Below are positions 11,901 to 23,989 of a stretch of 64,000 bases of DNA, piece after piece (positions within the stretch are counted from its first letter, which is position 1; the number at the start of each line of letters is the position of its first letter). The notes under the pieces are model-generated. The model worked only from the letters and a program-made list of their open reading frames with translations. It was not told the DNA's origin and did not search any database. The position numbers and the translations under genes were made by a program. The stretch is from Octopus bimaculoides (taxonomy: Eukaryota): the NCBI RefSeq assembly GCF_001194135.2, contig NC_068991.1, positions 52,551,497-52,615,496 of the forward strand. The letters run 5' to 3'.

Positions 11901-14900
11901 GATCCTTCTGTGTTCAGTTGCATCATATTGCTGTACATTTTCTTGGGAGGATGATATAAAGAGTGACGTAATGAAATAAATCAGTCTTTTGTCTTTCCAA
12001 ACAAAGACAGCCACAGTTCTGTTGAACAAAAATTCTGAATCTGCCCTTTCCCTCTCATTATTTCTTTTTATGAGGGTCCTTGAGAATTCTCTTCAAATAT
12101 CTTTCGACTAACACATTTGAATATCTTTGTTGATAAGAAGATATTCCACGAGTTGTATAGACTTGTAAAATCTATCAGTATAGAGTGCACAGTTTTGTCC
12201 AGCATATTCATTTGTCATCCTCACAACTAAGTTTCCTGTGACACCGAGGTTGTCGATTTCATTTGCATCATCTCTTCTTCTGGTTCACATTTCTCCATTG
12301 CAGATATATCCGTTTTCAGAATCAGACAATAAAAAAAGATTTTATCCTCCAGCGTATGCTTGAATCACAGCCAGGCACATAGTGTTGTTTGAATTTATCA
12401 GCAAGTGATTGAATATAGGACGAACTTTGTACAGTTTATCATTCCTATCAATTCCTATTGTTCTCGTTCACAAAGTGCAATAAAAACCAAATAACACAAA
12501 ATCTGTTGTGGCTCATGTCCTCTGGAAAACCTGGGGTCAGTGAGGCATCCTTTGACTGCCAGTACTGTTCATAGCGATCCTTGTGCACCAATATTGCCAT
12601 GGTCACCCGGAAACCAAAAAAAGCTTTCTATTCTTCCAGTGTAAGTTTTTTCTCATGCAAAATTTTTGCTGAGAAATGATTCAGCTTCGCCTGAAATACA
12701 CGTTCAGCATAATTCTTAAGTTTCCTCAAGTAAAATACTCCATAAGTCACCATTCCAGAATAAACTAAAATAATCAGTTGGAGTGCTGCCTACATTTATA
12801 GTGTCTGGTATGTTCCTGAGCCCTGGTGGATTATTTGGCATAAACTGGCACTCTCTGGAGGAGCATTGGCTCTTACTCTGGATGGAACATTGGGCCTATT
12901 ACCTTGCCGGCTGCCATGTGGAGCACACTCAACGTTCCCAACACCAACATGCCCCCTATTCTGACAATCAACAGGCACTGTACCATGCACATTTGCCAGT
13001 GGCTGTACATTTTGTACAACAGCATAATCATCGAGATCATTGCTATCACTTTCTGGGTCTAAATCGTTGTCAGATTCACTCTCATAATCATCATTGTCGA
13101 TGTCCTCTTCATCAGACAACAACACTTGGTTCAAGACATCACTCACAGACAGATTTTTTTCAACTCATTTTCACAAAAAACAAGTGGGAACAGCTTCAGT
13201 CATCGGGAAGTATTTCCTGTGATAGTGCACGTGCAGGCCAACGATCAGATGCAACATTTACTACTTGACTGAAGAGTTGTTATGCAATATGTTTGTAAGC
13301 AGTACAACATGGCAGCTGGTAAAGCAGCTGCTGGGGTATTTGTATCTGCAGCTGGTGGCTGGAATAACGGCCACTGGTGTTCTGAAGGTTAAGTGAACCA
13401 AAGCTGTGTGAGTAAGTGGTAGACAAAAAGCAAAAGGTGTGTGTGTGTGTGTGTCCATCCTTGTTTTGACATTGTATATTAGTTGTAAACCAGTATCACT
13501 GTCATACAAGCAGTGTCATTCCTATTCCAATATATTCTGTAAAACATGTCTGGCCATGGGGTAATATCTTGCCTGGAAAATGTGAAGTTGGGGACAGGAA
13601 GGGCATCCAGCTGTAGAAAATTTGCCTCAATAAATGCCATCTGACCCATGCAAGCACAGAAAAGTAATCTTGAAATGACAGTTATGATGATGATTTTTTT
13701 TTTCTGTCTGTATTATATTACTATAGAAGTAGCATCAGCAGCAATAATAATGATGATAATATCTTTTATTGACTACAAAGGACCAAAACATTGCAGACAA
13801 TGCAAAGACAAAAAAAAAATAATAAGTGGCATGGAATAAAAAGGTAAAAAACAATGATCAAAATTTTGACAAGAAATATTCTGGTAGGGCAGGTGTGTTG
13901 GTCAGAGAAAAATCCTGCACACAAAATCCTGAATTACCTCATGTTCCCCGCTTTCCTCTCAGAAACACCTTCTCTTGGTTTTTTTATTTGAGCAAGATGA
14001 GGTTGTTTTATTTAAATCTCTAGTTAAAATGTATTTAAAGTTTAAGGTGTATCTATTGTGTTTAAAGCATCACTGTATTTTCATTGTGTGTCCAAATGCG
14101 ATGCAAGTATTCAGCAGATATGTCGTATTAATAAACATTTAGTAAAGTTTACAAATGTAGACAATTTTGTGTGCTGTGAGTAAATAGGAATGTTGACATT
14201 TCAAGCAATGCCCTTGTTCAGAGAGAAATATTTTAATTATCATCTCATAGAGCACTGTGTAAATAAATTTGCTTTAAAAACCTAACAATTTGGGAAACTA
14301 TTTTGTCGAGTTTTTCTTCACAAAATAGTTTTTTCCTTTTTTTCTTTTTCCCCAACATTTTTTGTTATTGTCATGTTATTCAGTATCAAGTGTTGTTTTA
14401 TAGAATCTCTTTATTATCAAATACCATCATAGACAATATCATTACTCTTGACATATCCATTACAAAGAACAAAAGATACTATCACTAATATCAATGTCAG
14501 ACACTTTTAGTAGTATAGAAGAATTAATTTACATTGCTTTTGTATTTTTTATATAAGTTGTTGTTGCAATACTATTTGTTTTTTGTTGGGTTTTTTTTTA
14601 ACTTTTTTAATACAATTCATTAAAAAATATCATTGGTAAAGATAGGAAACTAATAAAAAAGAAACTTAGCAAAATTATAGGCATTCGGATTTTTTTGATT
14701 TTTTTTTAAAGAAAGTAGAAGTTATCCAGATACAAGGAACAAATTCTGTTGTAACACAAACATCTGGCAAATGTTTTATAATCATGCAGACACACTTCTA
14801 GGGGTCAGTGAATCTATACATAAAATAGTCCAGAGCGGAATCAGCAAGCGTCATCACATATTACAAGAATAACTAATGTGAAGAATATCCCTGGTATGGT

Positions 14901-17900
14901 CAACAGAATGAGGATTATCTATCTGTTGCAAGGGATTTAGTCATGAGCTGGTTTGAAATTCTAAGAATGTTATTGAAGATGGCTGGAAAGTACTACAGCT
15001 AAAATCTGACTATAACAACTAAGTTAAAGACACTAACTTGAATGTGTCTATGTGTAGTAGTAGTAGTAATTCTTTCTACTATAGGCATAAAGCCTGAAAC
15101 TTTGAGGGAGGGGACTAGTCGATTACATTGACCTCAGTGTTCCACTGGTACTTAATTTATCAACTCTGAAAAGATGAAAGGGAAAGCTGACCTCAGCAGA
15201 ATTTGAACTCAGAACATTAAGACAGACAAAATGCCCAGTATGCTAATGATTCTGCTAGCTTTCCCCTGAAAGGATGAAAGTCAAAATTGGCCTCAGTGGA
15301 TTTTGAACTCAGAATGTAAAGACGGACAAAATGTTTCACAGCATTTTGTCCATTTTGCTAACAATTCTGCCAGTTCACCACCTTGATGATGACGACGACA
15401 GCGGCGGCAGCAGCAATGGTGGTGGTTCCTACTAAAAGTACAAGGCCTGAAATTTTAGGGGAGGGGACTAGTCAATAATTTTGTCAGACAAAAATTCTCA
15501 TGGACAGACAATTTGAACTCTTGAACTTTTGCTATATCATTGTATTCTTTGTTGTTTCTTTTAACTAGGATTAATTTCACAACATTGTTAGTTTTTTTTT
15601 TTATATATATATATATATTTCTTTTATTTTCTTTTTATGAAAGGAGTGAAATCGAGCTTCTGTAAATAAGCTGTGTGTTAGATTAGGAAACTGATAAAAC
15701 TGTTTAGTTGCTGATTATTTTGAATGGAAAATGTAACTTATCAGTTGTTGGTCAACTACAGGTAGTCATTCTATTTGTTAAGTGAAAGTTCATCATCATT
15801 TAACAGCCAATTTCCAAGCTGGCATGGGTCGGACAGTTTGACAGCTGACAAGCTGGAAAGCTGCACTAGGCTTCAATTGTCTGTTTTGGAGTGGTTTCTA
15901 TGATTGGATACCTTCCTAATGTCAACTACTTTACAGAGTGCATTGGGGGCTTTTTATGTGGCACCAGCACATGTGTGTTATACATGGTGCCGATTTAGGT
16001 GCTTTTTACATGGCACCAGAACAAATGCTTTTTATGTAGCACCAGCACTAGCTGGGTTGCCAAGTAACTTGCATGATAAAGACCTCTTAGTTGAGAGAGG
16101 GAGTGGAACTGAGTAAAGTGGCTGTGTACCAACTGAAGTTAAAATATGTCTCAAAATCTGTTTGAACTGATCTAAAGTTTGTTTTTCATATAATTGTTTT
16201 GCTTTTAGCAAAATAGATGTGGGTGTTGAACTGTTATTTTGAAAAAATGTTGCCATGAACCATTTATTACTTTGATTGATCATATCAGTTATTTAGTTCC
16301 TGTTATAACCTTGGAATTTACATTTTTAAATACTAATTTCTTTCTTCAATTCTTTAGTTACAGGTCCTCTTAGTGAAACACAAATTGCTTTTGTGTGCAA
16401 AGAGACACTGCAAGGCCTAGAATACTTACATAGCCGAGGGAAAATGCACAGAGATATTAAGGTATGCTTCAATGGATTTGTGCCATTTTTTTTTAACCCA
16501 TCGATGCTACTGTAATCTTTTTATTGCAGTTTTTCATTCATGCCTTTGCAAGAAATATGTGTCCTCACTCAGTTTTATTGCAAAAAATGTACTTTACAAA
16601 TGAGTTGTTTTAACAGTGAGGTTCATACTTTTGAGAAGGCGTACTAGCTGTAAAATAATCGCTTCAATATAAATAATCTACATGTAAAACAAGTGATTTT
16701 CAAAAATTCTCTGGAAGAAATTTATCATGCTAAAATGTGTCTTTCGATGATATAAAACACTGTTTCCACTTTGTCAAACTAGAATAAAAAATGCTTCAGA
16801 AAAGGCACTCTAGATAGAGCTGTTGCTTCTCTGAATTGAGAGACTACAGTTTCAATACTATAGACATGTGGTAAGAACGTCTCAGAAAAGAATCACATAT
16901 TGTCATTTTGATAATGAGAATGAACTTTGAAAACCTTTTGCTTTTGTAGGGTGCTAATATCTTGCTTACAGAAGATGGAGATATCAAATTAGGTAAGCAT
17001 AAAGGAAATTTTATTCACTGGGTTTAGATTTCTTCAATGTCATTTATCATTATTATTGCATATTTATGTCTTGGAACCTCTTTTTTTGACTTGGGAATGC
17101 TCTAGAATGATCTATTCATTTGTGAGTGATTGCACATCTAAAACACTTTTGGTATCTTGAAACAAACAGAGAGATAAGAAACTGATAGGGTTTAAAGAAG
17201 CTAACTCTTCAGAGACTTATTGCTCTGATATATTTTTAAATAAGTGATTATTGAAATATTAAAAAAAATTTTTTTTTCAGCTGATTTTGGTGTTTCTGCT
17301 CAAATAACAGTTACTATGTGTAAACGAAAGTCTTTCATTGGCACTCCATATTGGTAATTATTATTACATTACATATTATTATTATTATTATTATTGTTGT
17401 TGTTTTTGTTTATTGTCTTTAATTCTCTCTGATGTTGTAAATTGACACAGAAGAGCATATATAAACCCTTTAGCATTTAGATTACTCTTTCAAATGTACT
17501 GCTTATTTATTCCCATTGTTTTGAATTAATCATTATCTTTGAAGCTTCAACATTAACAATGATGTGATTGTTATTTTTAGAATGACATTGTAGGATAGAT
17601 GCAAGCGATTGGGTCTGGCCAGTTTGAACATAAAGCAGGTAGAATATTTGGGCTAGATATGGCAGGTTTAAATGCTAAAGGGTTAATATCATTCAATAAA
17701 CAAGAACAGACACATAGAAAAACAATTTAATCAACACTGGTTCCAGCATCAATATCAAAATCATAGAAATTTATCCCACAACACATACAACATAAAAAAA
17801 TATATCCTTAACTACATAGGCACAGGAGTGGCTGTGTGGTAAGTAGCTTGCTTACCAACGGGGTTCAGTCCCACTGCATGGCACCTTGGGCAAGTGTCTT

Positions 17901-20900
17901 CTACTATAGACTCGGGCCAACCAAAGCCTTGTGAGTGGATTTGGTAGACGGAAACTGAAAGAAGCCCGTCGTATATATGTATATATGTGTGTCTGTGTTT
18001 GTCCCCCCACCATCGCTTGACACCCGATGCTGGTGTGTTTACGTCCCCGTAACTTAGCGGTTCGGCAAAAAGAGACTGATAGAATAAGTACTAGGCTTAC
18101 AAAGAATAAGCCCTGGGGTCGATTTGCTTGACTAAAGGCGGTGCTCCAGCATGGCCGCAGTCAAATGACTGAAACAAGTAAAAAGAGTAAAGTGTTGCAG
18201 TTGCTAACCGAATAAAAATTAGTGAAAACCATAAAAAAAAAACATTGTCATTATCTTGCAAAAATACAACTTAGTAGCAAAAAGCTAATAAAAGGCATGG
18301 CTGTATGGTAAGAAACTTGCTTTCTAACCACATGGTTTCAGATTCAGTCCCACTGTGTGGCACCTTGGGCAAGTGTCTTCTACAATAGACATCAATAAAG
18401 CTGACCAAAGCCTTGTAAGTGAATTTGTTAGATGAAAACTGAAAGGGGTTCATCTTATGTGTGTGCACACACATTTGTTCCCCTACCACTGCTTGACAAC
18501 TGGTGCTGGTGTGTTTATGTCCATGTAACTTAGCAGGCTTTAAAAAAATAAGTACTGGGGTTGATTCATTCAACTAAAACTTTCTTAAGACGGTGCTCCA
18601 GCATAGCCACAGTCTAATGACTGAAACAAATTAAAGATAAAAGTAACTGCTTCTTCTAATGTTAGACTAAAGCAAGCAGTAAAATACTATAGAAAGCAAT
18701 AAACACCATCAGCGACACTTAGCTGCACATCTAGTGCAATCCTGTAAGGAACACTTTGGCTCAAAAACAAGGAAACTAAAAGAAACAATTTATTTAATCC
18801 CTTCTCTTTAGCATAACAAAATATAGCCATCATTTTCTCAACAACTTCAGCATACTGCATATTCACATACACACACACACAAAGGTGTTATGGTACACAA
18901 ACACACTAATAACATTCACAGATACCCTATTTGGCTTAACAAAGCAACAACAACATTAGTACACAAACAAACTATTAGATTCATTATGGATTATGTCTGC
19001 ATGAATCTCTCCACAAGTCACAAACAACATAGAATAATATATATATTCCACTGTAATTGTTGGATTGTCGGGATGAAACTTAACTTTAACTAACAACTTA
19101 AATCAGTATACTATTGTAAATCTTGCTTTTTTATTTGACTGTTTACAGGATGGCACCAGAAGTGGCTGCAGTTGAAAGGAAAGGGGGGTATAATCAACAG
19201 TGTGATATATGGGCCGTTGGTATCACAGCCATAGAATTAGCTGAGCTTCAACCACCTATGTTTGATCTACACCCTATGAGGTGAGTTATTTAAGATTTTT
19301 ATTAAATATGTTTTAATTTAAAGCCATAATTCCCTTATTTGACAGTCCTCTTACAGTCTTCTATTTCACTTTGGTTCATATTAATCGATATATTGAGACC
19401 CTATAGTTCTCAAACACCGCGAAGAAGGTAAGAAGCTTGCTTCCCAGCCACATGGTTCTGGGTTCAGTCCCACTTTGAGTAAGTGTCTTCTACTATAGCC
19501 TCTGTGAGTGGATTTGCTAGATGGAAACTGAAAGAAGCTTGTAATAGATATATATGTATGTATTTGTGTGTCTGTGTTTGTCTCCCCACCATCGCTTGAC
19601 AACCGATGTTGGTGTGTTTATGTCCCCATAACTTAGCAGTTCAGCAAAAGTGACCGATAGAATAAGTACTAGGCTTACAAAGAATAAGTCCTAGGGATGA
19701 TTTGTTTGACTATAAAAGAAAATATATATTGAACCGCAAAAGAAACATGATTTTTTCAAATGTCGTTTTTATATGGTAAATTCTGAAAATTTATTTTGGG
19801 GATGTAAGTATAAATATTCCAAGACATGCTGGTTTATGGCTGAGACCCAAATTGCAGGTAACCTTTCAACTTTACCTGAAACAAGATGCTAAAACACAGC
19901 TGCATTGAATGCCATGGGTGGCAGTTGTAAACAATTGTCATGAAAACTGAAATACACATGCATCTCGTGGAGGTTATGGGTATAAAAATCAACTTGAACC
20001 AGGTTCCTGGCATTCGTAATTTGGGCAGATCAGGTATGACCCAATTGTCAGCAGCACAGAGAGAACAAGCTATTGGCTGATTGCAAGCAAGGCAGTGTGC
20101 CCTGGTTGTTGTGAAAGCTTACAATGTCCATGTCAGCACCATCTATCACCTGCAGAGGGCAACCACGCCCAAACAGGACCGTTTCATCCACCTGCAACAC
20201 CACTGTGATCATTTCAGACCGGCCAGCATGACAGCTCGTGAGATCATTGGTACTGGACAGTGTTGACACAGTATGATGTTGACTGGTCACCAACAATATG
20301 TGTTGTTGTCATCCTGCTCGAGGGCCTGTCCTCACTGCCCACTACCATGAGGCACGATTACAGTGGGCTACACAGCACCGACATAGGTAGCATTAACAAT
20401 GGAGGTCGGTAGTCTTCTTCTGATGAGAGCCAGTACTGCGTTTCCACCTCGAATGGCTGAGTGAGGGTGTGGCAGTGAACACTACAGAAATGCATGTATC
20501 CTGGAGAGAGACATGTGGGGTGGCCAAAGCATCATGGTTTGGGGTGCTATTGGCCTGAATCAGAGAAATTGGTCCTTTGTGTTCCAAAATGTTGGTGCAG
20601 GCAGAGGGAATGGCATCACAGCGCAGTGCTACTTCAACCAGATCCTAAGACCTCACACCATGCTCTTCTTTGTGCATCACCATAGTCACATGTTCCAGCA
20701 GGACAATGCTCCCTCCCATATGGCCAGAGTCACCATAGACTTCCTGCTTCATCACATCATCAGAACCATGTCGCGGCCAGCTCTCGGCCTGGATTTGAAC
20801 GCAATTGAACACCTGAGAGATAGAATCCAGAGATAGCTGAACCAGGTGGTCCCAAGGCTGACAACTTGTGTGGAACTGGAGGCAGCTTTCCTCATGGTGT

Positions 20901-23900
20901 GGGCACAGGTGTCATTGGATTTTGTGAACCGCCTCATGCATTCCATATATCGATAGTGCATGGCTGTTTTGAACACTCAGGGAGGGCATATACTACCAGA
21001 ACACATGAAATTGATTCTATCAGATTTATCAAAATTTATCTCTGACATAATGAAATTAAAACATATTTCACAGTTACACACATCTCGCATTTCTTTTGTG
21101 GTTCAGTGTATATCATGGCAGGGGTCTATGTATGTATGTGCTGATATGTGAGTGTATGTCTGTACAAATCTACACTTTTGTACCTAACAATATGTTTTTA
21201 AACAATTAAAAATGCTAAGGTCATGCATGACCTAGTTGTATTCTTCTATTAAGTATATTTGTGTTTTTATTCATTTTCAATTTCTGTTGGTTTCAATCAG
21301 TGTCTTTACAGACTGGCCACTCCTTGTTTCTATGCTTCTTTTCTTTCTCTCTTCCTCCTTCTCTATCTCTTGAGTTTATTTGTATGATTATATATTACTA
21401 CTTGAATAATTTAAATATTTCTTGTTCACTCCATTTAAGGTTTTCCAGTTGTCTTTTCTCTCTCTCTCTCTCTTTCTTTCTTAAAATAGGATCTTTAGTT
21501 TGGTTTTTCTCTTCTTTTTTCTCTCTCTTTATTCTCTATTCTGTCTTTTCTTTCTCCCTTTCTCCTGTTTCTTTGTCCCTCTTTATCTTTTTTTCTGCCT
21601 TCAGCTTTCTTTCTACTTCCCTCTCAAAATACTTATCAAATGTCTCACCATCTACCCAATCCAAGCTTTAGTTCTCTGTAACATAATGCAATAAAATGTT
21701 CCCTGGTGATGATCTGTTGTAGTCAAGCATTCAGTTGTGCTTGGAACATTCAAGGCAGAGTTCCAAACAGCCACAACGGTGAAACATATGTAGTAACAAA
21801 TGATATAAAAATATGTTTACCGTAATTTCTGCCTACTTGTTAGATGAGCATGACCATCACTGACAGGTAGTGTCAGCAATGCCTGTGCAAGAATCTCAAG
21901 TCAGGTGCAGCTTGCACAACACTACACGAAAAGTCATTTCTGATGTGTCTGTTAACTTTGAAGAAGTTCATTATTGAGTTTATCTACCATTTCATTAGTT
22001 GGATCTAGTATAGCTGTTTCACATAGCCAGTTGACATCAGTGTAATTGACAGATAAATTAGGAAATACTTTATCCATAAAATCCCAAAGAGAAAGTATCA
22101 TTTGACCGCATGTAATTTCATGTAGCTGAAGTTTTGAGTTGAATGTTAATATCCTATTACCAAAGTTTGTATGATCACGTCGTAAAAGCACTCTGATGTT
22201 GTTTGTAAGATGAAGTTTTTTCATGTCTCCAAAGGTATGATTTTTTTGAAGCATGCATTGACCTCATCAGCTTTTGATTCTTTGGGGATAACTGGCATTG
22301 TTTGACGAAAATCTCCTGCAAGAAGAACTGTCACTCCTCTCATGAGCATGCTATTGTTTTTTATATCGTGGAGGGTACAGTCAAGTATCTCTGGAGCTCC
22401 ACAATGTGACAGTACACTCATTCCAAACAATGAGACAAGTTTGTTGTGCAGAGTTTTTGGAAATGTTGCACATTTGAGATCCTTTCATTGCAAGGTTTAG
22501 AGCTTGAACATGGATTGAGCAGTCCTTCACCCATTGAGGAGGGTAGCTGCAACACCAGAAGGTTAGATTTTATTTCTTCCCATTTAGGATTGCAGGTGAA
22601 AGTGACAAAAAGATCTGGTTTTCCTGACATATGTCATAGCATTTTGTGTTCGTTCATGCATATCTTTGAAGTCCCTTTTGCACAGTCTGATTTTTTTCCT
22701 TTCAGTTCCTTTATTTAACAGCACAGAAGTGACCTTGGCTTCATAAACAACTAAGTTAACCTTGCATGTCTGGTCCAATGAATATATATCTGGGTTCTTG
22801 AAGTTGCAGCCTGGGGTGGACATCTTCATTGGGTTACATGAAATGATGTTTCATATTGGGTTGATTGTTCAAGTCAGAAATTTGACCAATGTTCACAGCA
22901 GTGGAAAAGAAGACAGAAGTCTTTGAAATGTGAATTTTACACAGATTGGACAGAATAAGCTGGAAAGACTGTGCAACAAGCAGTGCAGTACTAGAAAAGC
23001 TGAAAGTCCAAAGACACCTGCTGTCAAGAATTAAGTCCACAAAGCTATCATATGTAGGACATTCAATGCCCCACATGTCATTGCCTCCAAGATCATCCGA
23101 ACATAAGATGTGGTGGGTAAGAGGTCATCAGAAACATCTACAGACTGATAACATCAAAGAAGGAACTTAAAAGAGGAGCCTAGCTTATCATATATATGTA
23201 GCACAACACAGAGGGAACTGGAGTCTTGGCAAGGTGACCCATGGACACAGGTAGGGGTACTCGGCTCATGATATTCGGACCACAGCTGTAGGATACTATC
23301 ATGGAACATCTTTTGTCAATTATCATATCTCTATGACTATCAGGGAAATGTTTATCTATTGGAGCTAGGAATTTTGTATTTGAGGAAAATATTTTAAAAT
23401 ATCGTTATGAATGTATTTTTATCTGTATATTTTCAGAGCTTTATTTCTGATGTCAAAGAGTGGTTTTAAGCCACCACAACTAAAAGATAAAAACAAATGG
23501 TAAGAAGTTAACATGCATAGAAACAACTATTTCTTTACTTGCAATTATTTGATATTGAGTCCTGCATTCTCCTTTTCATTCTTATAAAGGATATTTCTGT
23601 TATGGAATTTAGCACCTGGTACTTGTGTGTTCAAATGACTTCCATTTTATAAAGTCAATGTTGAAAGGTGAATTTGGCTGCAGATGATGTTTGAAGTTGA
23701 TGCTAACAAAAGTTTGTATCTCTCAGCAATAAATTAGTAGCTTTGTACAGCATCACTGAATAACAAGTAGTATGTTGTTTCTGTTAGCCTGTCAGTAACT
23801 ACTCAAGTGTAGTTGATTGCTCTGTAACCACAAGGTCATGGGCTCAGTCCCACAGTGCTACACCTTGGACAAATCTCTTCCTACAATAATATCAGCTTGA

Positions 23901-23936
23901 CTAATAATTTGAAAGAAAGAAATTGTGTGGAAGCTC

Positions 23937-23989
<53 letters not shown>

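Noticed and set aside
17819-17900. tRNA-like sequences at SINE heads
   Set aside because: A/B boxes are present but no complete cloverleaf, and each runs into a SINE body.
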